Source of the DNA: an uncultured Chloroflexota bacterium
GTDB lineage: Bacteria > Chloroflexota > Limnocylindria > Limnocylindrales > Limnocylindraceae
Reading direction: 5' to 3'
Assembly: GCA_903944295.1 (NCBI GenBank)
Contig: CAJARA010000138.1
Span: 1-36,243 of the forward strand
DNA: 36,243 nt
In this document: piece by piece, positions 1 through 8,360 of the stretch
How the letters are laid out: every line of letters starts with the position of its first letter
Position numbering within the stretch: the stretch's first letter is position 1
Notes under the pieces: generated by a model
Told to the model about the DNA's origin: nothing
Seen by the model: the letters and a program-made list of their open reading frames with translations, nothing else
The model's database searches: none
Made by a program: the position numbers and the translations under genes

Positions 1-1
1 G

Positions 2-1129
2 CATGGCCTTCATGTGGACCCTGACGCCAAGATTGAGTCACTCCCTGTTGGCGTGCGACAACGCGTAGAGATCCTCAAGGCGCTCTACAGGAAGAGCGAC
101 ATCCTCGTGCTTGATGAGCCTTCAGCGGTGCTCACGCCGCAGGAAACTGAAGAGCTCTTCGACATCATTCGTGGCCTTGCCAAGGGTGGGACGTCTGTGA
201 TCTTCATCACGCACAAGCTGAACGAAGTGATCGCCGTTGCGGACAAGATCACCGTGCTGCGCCGTGGCGCAGTGGCTGGTGAGACAACTCCAGCGAAGGC
301 GACCGCATCGATCCTTGCCGAAATGATGGTTGGTCGCGAGGTGCAACTCACCGTCAGTCGATCCAAGTCTCACGTTGCCGAGGCGGTCCTCGAGGTGAAG
401 GGGCTCAACGTTCTCAATGACGCGGGTGCTCTCGCCGTAAACGACGCCTCGTTTGAAGTTCGGAGTGGTGAGATCCTTGCAGTCGCCGGGGTGCAGGGGA
501 ATGGCCAGACCGAACTTGTTGAGGCGTTGACCGGACTTCGTCTGATCGATTCCGGGAGCGTCATCCTGGAGAAGAAGCCTCTGCCAGCGGGTTCGCCGCG
601 AGAGATTGCGACGGCCGGCGTTGCGCACATCCCTGAAGACCGCAACCGTGATGGCATGGTGAAGGGGATGACGGTTGCTGAGAACTACATCCTGAACACG
701 TACCACCTCCCTCCATATAGCAAGCGAGGCGTGCTTGACCGTAAGGCGATCGCTGCCGCCACTGAGAAGGCGGTCAAAGATTTTGATGTTCGCACCCCTT
801 CAATCCATACCGATATTGCTTCGCTTTCTGGAGGCAACCAGCAGAAGGTGATCGTTGCGCGTGAGTTCAGTCGCAACGTACGTCTTGTGATTGCTGCGCA
901 GCCAACGCGAGGACTCGATGTTGGGTCTATTGAATACATTCATAAGCGCATCGTTGAGCAGCGTGACGCTGGCGCCGCGGTCCTCATCGTGAGCACCGAG
1001 CTGGACGAGGTGTTGGCGCTCGGCGATAGGGTTGCGGTGATGTACGAAGGGCGAATCGTTGGGATCCTGGACGCCAAGGATGCAACGCGCGAGCGCGTTG
1101 GCCTGTTGATGGGAGGGATCACCAAGTGA
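2..1129 (+). CDS. Nucleoside/sugar (CUT2, NupA/YufO-like) ABC transporter ATP-binding protein, 5' truncated
   Basis: Two NBD halves: ...GVRQRVEILKAL...LVLDEPSAVL...ITHKL, then LSGGNQQK...AQPTRGLDVG...VSTELDE. The frame is open from the window edge, so GTG14 is not the true start. Confidence 0.92.
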   Translation, partial: HGLHVDPDAKIESLPVGVRQRVEILKALYRKSDILVLDEPSAVLTPQETEELFDIIRGLAKGGTSVIFITHKLNEVIAVADKITVLRRGAVAGETTPAKATASILAEMMVGREVQLTVSRSKSHVAEAVLEVKGLNVLNDAGALAVNDASFEVRSGEILAVAGVQGNGQTELVEALTGLRLIDSGSVILEKKPLPAGSPREIATAGVAHIPEDRNRDGMVKGMTVAENYILNTYHLPPYSKRGVLDRKAIAAATEKAVKDFDVRTPSIHTDIASLSGGNQQKVIVAREFSRNVRLVIAAQPTRGLDVGSIEYIHKRIVEQRDAGAAVLIVSTELDEVLALGDRVAVMYEGRIVGILDAKDATRERVGLLMGGITK

Positions 1130-1132
1130 GCA
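1121..1132 (+). repeat. 12-bp direct repeat ACCAAGTGAGCA, copy 1 (ATPase/permease-1 junction)
   Basis: Identical 12-mer at 2311-2322; both copies contain the GTGA stop/start overlap. Confidence 0.8.
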
Positions 1133-2319
1133 CGCTGAAGCAGTTCTGGCTGAAGGTGCGTGTCCCAGCGCTCTCCATCTCTGTGGCGTTGCTGATTGGC
1201 GCCCTCTTCCTCGTCTTCACCGACATTGAAGTCCTTGGCATGCTCCTCTCTGACCCTCTCGGAGCGCTCGCCCTCGGCTTCGGTCGCGCTGCGAGCTCGT
1301 ATAGCGCGCTCTTCCGTGGCGCATTCGGCGATCCAGCAAACTTTGGTAAGGCACTCGCTTCAGGCGATGTGCAGCTTTGGGCGCGTGCACTCCGTCCGAT
1401 CGTGGAGAGCGTTGTTGCCTCAGTACCGCTGATCTTTGTCGGACTTGGCGTCTCCATTGCGTTTAGGACCGGCATCTTCAACATCGGTGGCGCTGGTCAG
1501 TTCACCATGGGGGCGGTGGGGGGTGCGATCGCCGCGCTCGTCTTCGGCGCCGGTGTTGTCCCTGCTCCAATTGCCATCCTGCTCGTCATGATCTTTGGGC
1601 TGCTCGGAGGAGCGCTCTGGGCCTTCCTCCCTGGCCTGCTGAAGGCTCGCGTTGGAGCGAGTGAAGTGATCACTACGATCATGTTGAACTTCATCGCCTC
1701 GCAGCTCGTCTTCTTCCTCGTCTCCAACGTTGAGTTCATCCAGAAGCCACCACGCATACAGCCTGTCTCCAAGGAGCTCAGCCAGTTCGTTGACCTCCCT
1801 GGGATCCTGCCGATCGCCAGCCTGCGACTCGATATCGGCATCATCGTGGCGCTCCTCACAGCGGTTGCCGTGAGCTGGTTCCTCTTCAGGTCAACGCGCG
1901 GCTTTGAGCTTCGCGCTGCAGGGCTCAACATCGCCGCCGCAAAGTACGCGGGGATGGGCGCATCAACCTCAATCATTACCGCCATGCTCATCTCAGGCGC
2001 GATCTCAGGGCTCGGCGGCGCACTTGTTGCCGTTGGGACCGTGAAGCAGCTCTCGCCGGGGATTGCGGGGAGCGTGGGTTTCACGGCGATCGCCATCGCG
2101 CTCGTGGGTGGAACACGGCCGAGTGGCGTTGTTGCCACCGCGCTGGTCTTCGGACTGCTGCAGCACGGCGGCAGCCTGATGCAGGTTGAAACCTCAATTC
2201 CAATTGAGATGTTGCTCTTTATCCAGGCACTCGTTATCGCCTTTATTGCCGCGCCTGAGCTGACGCTCGGGATTTTGAAGAACCCGTTCCGCCGTCGCCA
2301 GGCCAAGGTGACCAAGTGA
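1126..2319 (+). CDS. Nucleoside ABC transporter permease (NupB/YufP-like)
   Basis: Polytopic hydrophobic protein with FNIGGAGQ, EVITTIMLN and GFELRAAGLN motifs of BPD_transp_2 permeases; GTGA-coupled to the ATPase. Confidence 0.9.
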   Translation: MSTLKQFWLKVRVPALSISVALLIGALFLVFTDIEVLGMLLSDPLGALALGFGRAASSYSALFRGAFGDPANFGKALASGDVQLWARALRPIVESVVASVPLIFVGLGVSIAFRTGIFNIGGAGQFTMGAVGGAIAALVFGAGVVPAPIAILLVMIFGLLGGALWAFLPGLLKARVGASEVITTIMLNFIASQLVFFLVSNVEFIQKPPRIQPVSKELSQFVDLPGILPIASLRLDIGIIVALLTAVAVSWFLFRSTRGFELRAAGLNIAAAKYAGMGASTSIITAMLISGAISGLGGALVAVGTVKQLSPGIAGSVGFTAIAIALVGGTRPSGVVATALVFGLLQHGGSLMQVETSIPIEMLLFIQALVIAFIAAPELTLGILKNPFRRRQAKVTK

Positions 2320-2322
2320 GCA
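2311..2322 (+). repeat. 12-bp direct repeat ACCAAGTGAGCA, copy 2 (permease-1/permease-2 junction)
   Basis: Identical to 1121-1132. Confidence 0.8.
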
Positions 2323-3635
2323 GCAAGGGGGGGAAGGTGATGCAGAAGAAGGGGGCCGATCTGTCGGCCAGCGTCGCGTCGGTTGCGATTGTCGACGGGG
2401 CCGATGCGCACCAGCAACTCTTCGCATCGCGCATCCGCGCCGGCCTCTTCGCGCTCTTCACGCTGCTCTCTGTCTGGATCACCACCTCGTCAGCGGGTGT
2501 TCAAGGCAACTTCTCGTTCTGGGCAGACAAGATCGGCGGAACGAATGTCGAGTTCAGCGTCCCAGTAAACCTTCTCTGGGGGGCTGTCGCGCTCCTTTTC
2601 GGCCTGATGACCCTCTTGCAGTTCGTCAGAGGCGCCGCATTCAAGTGGCGACTCGCCATCGGCCTCATCTCGCCGCTCCTCGTCTTCGCCCTGCTCGCGC
2701 GGCTGCTTGATGGCACCACGGCGAACCTCACCGTCTTCTTTACGAGCACGTTGAGCTTTGCGATCCCCGTTGGTGTTGGCGCACTCGCGGGCATCATTGC
2801 AGAGCGCAGCGGCTTCCTGAACATCGCGGTTGAAGGGAAGCTCCTCTTTGGCGCGATGGTCGGTTCAATTGCATCCAGCATCACGGGCGTTGCGATTGCC
2901 GGTCCAATCGCCGGCGCGCTGATCGGCGCTGTCGTCAGCCTCTTCCTCGGCTGGCTCGGCATTCGCTACAAGGTGGACCAGATCATTGCCGGCACGGTCA
3001 TCAACATTGGGGCTGTAGGGATCACGAGCTTCGCCTATCTTCGTATCCTTCAGCCGAATAGCCAGTTCAATCGGCCGATAGGGATTGACACGATTCAGAT
3101 CCCGCTCCTCTCGGAGATTCCAGTCCTTGGACCGATTCTCTTCTCGCTGAGCCCGTACTTCTACGGTTCGGTGGGGCTTGTCCTCTTCTTTACGTACATG
3201 ATTTACCGCACGCGCTGGGGCTTGCGACTACGCGCAGCGGGTGAACAGCCGAGCGCAGCTGGGACTGTGGGTATTGACGTGGTGAAGCTTCGCTATCGCG
3301 CGATGCTCATCGCCGGTCTCCTTGCAGGGTTCGCAGGGAGCTACATCTCGTTGAGCGGGACTGGTGGATTCGGCATGAATACCAGCGCCGGAAAGGGCTT
3401 CATCGCCCTTGCCGCCGTGATCTTCGGTGCATGGAACCCGATCTTCGCCTTCGGCGCATCACTTGTCTTCGGCATGGCGTCCGCGGCAACAACGCTCCTC
3501 TCTGGCCTCGGTGTTGGGCTTCCGCCACAGATTCTTCTTTCAATTCCATACATTGTGACGCTCATCGTTGTTGCAGGTTTGATCGGACGCGTCCGTGCGC
3601 CGGCATCGGCGGGGCGACCGTACGATCAAGGGTAG
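2316..3635 (+). CDS. Nucleoside ABC transporter permease (NupC/YufQ-like) with extra N-terminal TM helices
   Basis: ERSGFLNIAVEG, DQIIAGTVIN, GLRLRAAGE, GKGFIALAAVIFGAWNP and C-terminal APASAGRPY motifs. Alternative start ATG2340. Confidence 0.9.
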   Translation: MSSKGGKVMQKKGADLSASVASVAIVDGADAHQQLFASRIRAGLFALFTLLSVWITTSSAGVQGNFSFWADKIGGTNVEFSVPVNLLWGAVALLFGLMTLLQFVRGAAFKWRLAIGLISPLLVFALLARLLDGTTANLTVFFTSTLSFAIPVGVGALAGIIAERSGFLNIAVEGKLLFGAMVGSIASSITGVAIAGPIAGALIGAVVSLFLGWLGIRYKVDQIIAGTVINIGAVGITSFAYLRILQPNSQFNRPIGIDTIQIPLLSEIPVLGPILFSLSPYFYGSVGLVLFFTYMIYRTRWGLRLRAAGEQPSAAGTVGIDVVKLRYRAMLIAGLLAGFAGSYISLSGTGGFGMNTSAGKGFIALAAVIFGAWNPIFAFGASLVFGMASAATTLLSGLGVGLPPQILLSIPYIVTLIVVAGLIGRVRAPASAGRPYDQG

Positions 3636-3644
3636 AGGCGTTCG

Positions 3645-4673
3645 TTGAGCGTATCTCCGCAGGTTGGCTGGCCAACCTTTCATCACGCGGAGATCACGCC
3701 GCGCACAGCCCCCGTTGGCACTGCGGCGCATCCGCTCCCAGTCATCATCGATAGCGATCCTGGACTTGATGACGCGCTTGCTATCGCGTGTGCTGTTGTA
3801 GCACCAGAGTTGAAGCTGCTCGCCGTGACGAGCGTTGGCGGGAATGCTGACGTACATCACTGCACCGAGAATGCGCTCCGCCTTCTCGAGCTCTATGGAG
3901 CACCGGATGTGCCAGTGGCTGAAGGTGCGGTCGGACCGCTCGCCGGACCACTTGAGCGCGCAACTGAGGTGCATGGTGAGGGGGGACTCGGCAACACCAA
4001 CCTTCCAAAAGCCGCCCGCAAGGCAGAGCCTGAGGGGGCCGTTGCCCTCATGGCGCGCCTACTTACTGAATCAAGCGAACCGGTCGCACTCATTCCGATC
4101 GGACCACTCACTAACATTGCGCTTCTCATTCGTTCGTTCCCGCATCTGGCACCGAAGATCTCCCACATCTGTCTCATGGGTGGCTCTGTAGGGGAGGGGA
4201 ACTCTTCAGCCTCCGCCGAATTCAACATTTACGCCGATCCGACCGCCGCCGAGATCGTCTTCAACAGCGGCCTGCCGATCACGATGATCGGCCTCGATGT
4301 CACCCATCACGCCGTACTTGATCGGACCATTCTTGATCGCCTGCTCCAGCTGCCAGGTAAGTCGGCGAAGGTGGCCGCTGAGCTCCTGAAGTTCTCCTTC
4401 GATCGATCCGCGGCGTGGGGTCAGGGCGAGCGAATGGCGATCCATGACGCGGTGGCTGTCTTGCACCTTGCGTCGCCAGATCTTGTTGGTGTTGCTCGTT
4501 ATCGTGTAGTCGTCGACGCAACAGCTGGACCAGCGCGCGGTCGAACCATCGGCGATGCGTCGCCGTATCGCTTGAAGCGCGACAAGTTGGAAACGAACTG
4601 CGATGTTGGCTTGACGATCGACAGCACGCGCTTCGCCAACGCGATCGTGGACGTGTTTGCGAAGCTGCCATGA
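3645..4673 (+). CDS. Nucleoside hydrolase (IU-NH family), paralog 1
   Basis: DSDPGLDD Ca2+-binding motif, VHG, GPLTN, AEFNIYADP, GLDVT, HDA; TTG start with GAGG 6 nt upstream. Confidence 0.92.
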   Translation: MSVSPQVGWPTFHHAEITPRTAPVGTAAHPLPVIIDSDPGLDDALAIACAVVAPELKLLAVTSVGGNADVHHCTENALRLLELYGAPDVPVAEGAVGPLAGPLERATEVHGEGGLGNTNLPKAARKAEPEGAVALMARLLTESSEPVALIPIGPLTNIALLIRSFPHLAPKISHICLMGGSVGEGNSSASAEFNIYADPTAAEIVFNSGLPITMIGLDVTHHAVLDRTILDRLLQLPGKSAKVAAELLKFSFDRSAAWGQGERMAIHDAVAVLHLASPDLVGVARYRVVVDATAGPARGRTIGDASPYRLKRDKLETNCDVGLTIDSTRFANAIVDVFAKLP

Positions 4674-5695
4674 GCGAGTTGAAACCGAACCCGATGCCGC
4701 TCTCCACGCCCTTCCCCCCGTCGCCGCGCCGTGCGCCGCTGGGGAGTGTGGCAAAGCCGCTCCCGATCATCATTGACTGCGACCCAGGTCATGATGATGC
4801 GATGGCGCTTGCGGTTGCACTCGCTCGACCAGAGCTGAAGGTGCTCGGCGTTACCGCCGTTGCGGGCAATGCCTCACTTCCAAAAACCTATGAGAATCTC
4901 CGCCGCACCCTTGCGTTGCTCGGCGCGCACAAGATGCGCGTGGCTGCTGGCGCCGATGTGCCGCTTGTTCGCCCACTCTGGGTTGCCCCATACGTCCACG
5001 GTGATTCAGGCCTTGATGGCGCCGATCTTCCGGCTCCTGTGGGCATTGAGCATGCGGCGGGCGCCGTTGACCTGATCGCAACGTTGCTGCGTGAGTCGGC
5101 AGAGCCGGTGACACTCGTCCCACTCGGACCACTCACCAATATTGCGATCCTGCTACGCGATCACCCCGAACTAAAGCCGAAGATTGCGCATATCTGCTGG
5201 ATGGGCGGCGCAATCGGAGAGGGGAACGTCACCGCCTCTGCAGAGTTCAATTCGTATGTGGATCCAGATGCGGCGGCCATCGTCTTTGCCGCAGGGATCC
5301 CGATCACGATGGTCTGCCTGGACGCGACGCACCGTGCGCTCACTGGCGAGGCGGCGCTGAAGTGCCTTGAGTCTGCGGGGACGCTCCCCGCAACGATCTT
5401 TGCCGACCTGCTCCGCTTCTACGCGATCTTCCATAAGGATCGGTACGACTGGCCAGCCTCCGCCGTACACGACGCTGTTGCCGTTGCGCATCTGGCCGTG
5501 CCGAACCTCCTTGCACTCGTGCATGCGGCAGTAGATGTTGAGCTCGGCGACCTAGCTCGTGGGCGAACGATCACCGACTGGTACGGCGATCGTCTCGTGC
5601 AACGGGGCCGCACTGCGGATGTTGACGTAGCTGTTGGAGTAGATGCGGATCGCTTTGACGCGGTACTGGTAGAGGCGATCCTCTCGTTCAAGTAG
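4670..5695 (+). CDS. Nucleoside hydrolase (IU-NH family, RihA-like), paralog 2
   Basis: DCDPGHDD, VHGDSGLDG, GPLTNIA, AEFN, HDA motifs; ATGA overlap with paralog 1. Confidence 0.92.
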   Translation: MSELKPNPMPLSTPFPPSPRRAPLGSVAKPLPIIIDCDPGHDDAMALAVALARPELKVLGVTAVAGNASLPKTYENLRRTLALLGAHKMRVAAGADVPLVRPLWVAPYVHGDSGLDGADLPAPVGIEHAAGAVDLIATLLRESAEPVTLVPLGPLTNIAILLRDHPELKPKIAHICWMGGAIGEGNVTASAEFNSYVDPDAAAIVFAAGIPITMVCLDATHRALTGEAALKCLESAGTLPATIFADLLRFYAIFHKDRYDWPASAVHDAVAVAHLAVPNLLALVHAAVDVELGDLARGRTITDWYGDRLVQRGRTADVDVAVGVDADRFDAVLVEAILSFK

Positions 5696-5698
5696 GCG

Positions 5699-6181
5699 TT
5701 AGTGCGCGTAGATGCGTAAGCGTAGCTCCGCGATGATTCCTGGAATCGCAGCAGTAATCTCTGCCGCAGCGCGTTCATACGCTTCCATCGGGTAGCTCCA
5801 CGGATCGTCCAGATCTTCCCCGGCCGCTTCCGGATCAAAGTCGCGCAGGAGTCGCACCGATGGCTTCTGCTCAGTTGCGGCGGCGACCGCGCGACCGTCA
5901 CGCAGGTTAAACCGATCGGCGACTAGGATCAGATCTTGTCGCGCCGCCAGCGCAGGGGTGAGCCTGCGCGCTCGATGCTCCGTCCGCATCCCACGTTGAG
6001 TGAGGAGGGCTGCGGAGTTGGCGTGCATCCCCTCGCCCTCATGTTCGTCGGAGGTGCCGGCGCTCGACACGCTCACGCGTCCAGCAAGTTCGGGGTCGGC
6101 GGCGACTGCCGCCTCAAGGAGCACCTCGGCGAGCGGCGAGCGGCAGATATTGCCGTGGCAGAGGATCAGCACGTGGAGCAT
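5699..6181 (-). CDS. Low-molecular-weight protein tyrosine phosphatase
   Basis: P-loop CHGNICRSP, SAGT, and general-acid DDPW motif; convergent with the hydrolase operon (3-nt gap). Confidence 0.92.
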   Translation of the reverse strand: MLHVLILCHGNICRSPLAEVLLEAAVAADPELAGRVSVSSAGTSDEHEGEGMHANSAALLTQRGMRTEHRARRLTPALAARQDLILVADRFNLRDGRAVAAATEQKPSVRLLRDFDPEAAGEDLDDPWSYPMEAYERAAAEITAAIPGIIAELRLRIYAH

Positions 6182-6187
6182 GCACGG

Positions 6188-6193
6188 AGCCTA
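6188..6193 (-). promoter_or_regulatory. Putative -10 element (TAGGCT) for a leaderless phosphatase mRNA
   Basis: Minus strand reads TAGGCT-ccgtgc-ATG (6-nt spacer); no SD fits between hexamer and start. Confidence 0.55.
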
Positions 6194-6247
6194 CCTGAGT
6201 CGAGGAGGCGTGCTGGATGGGGAAGTGCGCCGCGGGCGTGGGTTCGG

Positions 6248-6253
6248 TATCCT
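6248..6253 (+). promoter_or_regulatory. Putative -10 element (TATCCT) of the tRNA-ftsH transcript
   Basis: TANNNT hexamer 14 nt upstream of the mature tRNA 5' end in a divergent intergenic region; no recognisable -35. Confidence 0.5.
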
Positions 6254-6267
6254 GTAGAGGCGTGCAT

Positions 6268-6342
6268 GGCGGGGTAGCTCACCGGTAGAGCAGGGGATTC
6301 ATAAGCCCTTGGTAGCAGGTTCGATTCCTGCCCTCGCTACCA
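6268..6342 (+). tRNA. tRNA with CAT anticodon, probably elongator tRNA-Met
   Basis: Acceptor GGCGGGG/CCTCGCT, D arm GCTC/GAGC, anticodon loop TTCATAA, T arm GCAGG-TTCGATT-CCTGC, discriminator A, encoded CCA. Lacks the C1 mismatch of initiator tRNA; Ile2 not strictly excluded. Confidence 0.95.
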
Positions 6343-6377
6343 ACGCCACTCGCAGTCGGAGAGCAGAGGAGGTTCTA

Positions 6378-8360
6378 GTGATCCCGAAGTCCTTCCGTAA
6401 TGGTGCCGTGATGCTGATGCTCCTCCTAGGGACGGTGCTGCTCCTTGGCAGCGTCCTCCTCTCGCCAACCCCCGCGCCCAGCAAGGGCTACTCCGCCTTC
6501 CTCAGCGATGTGAAGTCTGGGCGGGTTGACTCAGTGGTGCAGCAGGATCAGACCTTAACGATCACGCTCACCGGCACGCCGCCCGAGAACTACCAGGTGC
6601 AGGTGCCTACGCAGCTCACCGACGTCTACGGCGACCTTCTCGCCGCAGCAACTGCAGGCGGGCAGAGCCCCGAGAGCATCACCTTCGGCGCGAAGGCGCC
6701 AGATGATTCGGGTCAGCTGATCAGCCTCCTTCTGAGCGCCTTCCTTCCAGTCCTCCTTATCGGTGGCCTCTTCATCTTCATGATGCGCAGCGCGCAGGGG
6801 CAGAACAACCAGGCGATGAGTTTCGGTAAGAGCAAGGCGAAGATGTTTGTGGCGAATAAGACGCCCGTCACCTTTGCCGAAGTCGCTGGCGTGGAAGAGG
6901 CGAAGGCTGAACTTGCTGAAGTGGTTGAATTCCTGAAGTTCCCAGAGCGCTTTGAGGCGCTCGGCGCAAAGATTCCGAAGGGCGTCCTTCTCATTGGTTC
7001 GCCAGGTACCGGGAAGACACTCCTTGCACGCGCCGTTGCCGGTGAGGCCGGAGTGCCCTTCTTCAGCATCTCAGGGTCTGAGTTCGTTGAGATGTTCGTT
7101 GGAGTTGGCGCATCACGTGTGCGCGACCTCTTTGAACAGGCGAAGCGCAACTCGCCATGCATCGTCTTCATCGACGAAATTGATGCGGTTGGTCGACAGC
7201 GTGGTGCCGGTCTCGGTGGCTCACACGATGAGCGCGAGCAGACACTGAACCAGATCCTTGTGGAGATGGACGGCTTTGAGACGGGGACCAACGTGATCAT
7301 CATCGCCGCAACGAACCGACCAGATGTGCTCGATCCGGCGCTGTTGCGACCGGGTCGATTCGACCGCCAGGTGATCCTTGATCGGCCAGACCTTAAGGGG
7401 CGACTCGCCATCTTGAAGGTTCATGTGAAGGGGAAGCCGCTCGACAAGACGGTGAACCTTGAAGAGATCGCACGCCGATCGCCAGGATTCTCTGGTGCCG
7501 ATCTTGCCAACCTGATGAACGAGGCGGCGATCTTGGCTGCGCGTCGCAGCAAGCGCGTCGTTGGGATGGACGAGTTTGCCGAGGCGCTCGACCGTGTCAT
7601 GGCTGGACCACAGCGGAAGAGCCGCCTGATCACCGAGCCAGAGAAGCAGATCATCGCCTATCACGAGGGTGGTCACGCAGTTGTCGGTCGCATCCTTGAG
7701 AAGTGCGATCCGGTGAGCAAGGTGACCATCATCAGCCGCGGCATGGCGCTCGGCTACACGATGAACCTGCCAACAGAGGATCGCTACCTGCAGAGCAAGA
7801 GCGAATTTGAAGACAAGATTGCCGCCATGCTCGGTGGCAACGTTGCAGAACAGCTCGTCTTCGGCGACACCACCACTGGCGCATCCAACGATATTGAGAA
7901 GGCGACCGATCTTGCACGCAAGATGGTGACGCGCTTCGGTATGTCCGAGAAGCTCGGCAGGGTGACGCTCGGTCGCCAGGACGAGATGATCTTCCTCGGT
8001 CGCGAGATGTCTGAGCAGAAGAACTACTCAGACGCTGTGGCCAAGCAGATTGACGAAGAGGTGCGCGCGATCATCGATCGTGGTGCGGCGCGAGCGCTCG
8101 AGGTGCTGACGAACCACCGGGATCGCCTTGACGCACTTGCGGCAAAGCTGATCTCTGAGGAGACGGTTGAAGGGGAGGCATTTGAGACGCTCTTCTCCGA
8201 TCTCCCAGCGAAGCCTGCCGCGTATTCAGATCTGATCGCTCGACTCCGCTCCGCTGGGATCAGCATCCCAACGAAGGAGGAGGTTGAGGCGGCGGCAGCT
8301 GAAGCGGCGAAGGGTGCCAAGCCAACGACGGGAGGGGCGGCCGCAGGGCAGCCCGCCTAA
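6378..8360 (+). CDS. ftsH: ATP-dependent zinc metalloprotease FtsH
   Basis: Two TM helices, Walker [18 protein letters not shown] pore motif, Walker [37 protein letters not shown]. Start moved to GTG6378 (AGGAGG at 6367-6372) because ORF-track start 6309 lies inside the tRNA. Confidence 0.97.
   Translation: MIPKSFRNGAVMLMLLLGTVLLLGSVLLSPTPAPSKGYSAFLSDVKSGRVDSVVQQDQTLTITLTGTPPENYQVQVPTQLTDVYGDLLAAATAGGQSPESITFGAKAPDDSGQLISLLLSAFLPVLLIGGLFIFMMRSAQGQNNQAMSFGKSKAKMFVANKTPVTFAEVAGVEEAKAELAEVVEFLKFPERFEALGAKIPKGVLLIGSPGTGKTLLARAVAGEAGVPFFSISGSEFVEMFVGVGASRVRDLFEQAKRNSPCIVFIDEIDAVGRQRGAGLGGSHDEREQTLNQILVEMDGFETGTNVIIIAATNRPDVLDPALLRPGRFDRQVILDRPDLKGRLAILKVHVKGKPLDKTVNLEEIARRSPGFSGADLANLMNEAAILAARRSKRVVGMDEFAEALDRVMAGPQRKSRLITEPEKQIIAYHEGGHAVVGRILEKCDPVSKVTIISRGMALGYTMNLPTEDRYLQSKSEFEDKIAAMLGGNVAEQLVFGDTTTGASNDIEKATDLARKMVTRFGMSEKLGRVTLGRQDEMIFLGREMSEQKNYSDAVAKQIDEEVRAIIDRGAARALEVLTNHRDRLDALAAKLISEETVEGEAFETLFSDLPAKPAAYSDLIARLRSAGISIPTKEEVEAAAAEAAKGAKPTTGGAAAGQPA

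Noticed and set aside
1497-2417. Long antisense and alternate-frame ORFs (e.g. 1497-2417, 10244-10987, 15265-16020, 21657-22421, 28104-28976, 28777-29631)
   Set aside because: Shadow ORFs expected at high GC opposite well-conserved genes; they contain no recognisable motifs.
6309-6377. ORF-track N-terminal extension of FtsH
   Set aside because: It overlaps the tRNA; GTG6378 has a perfect SD and gives a normal FtsH N-terminus.
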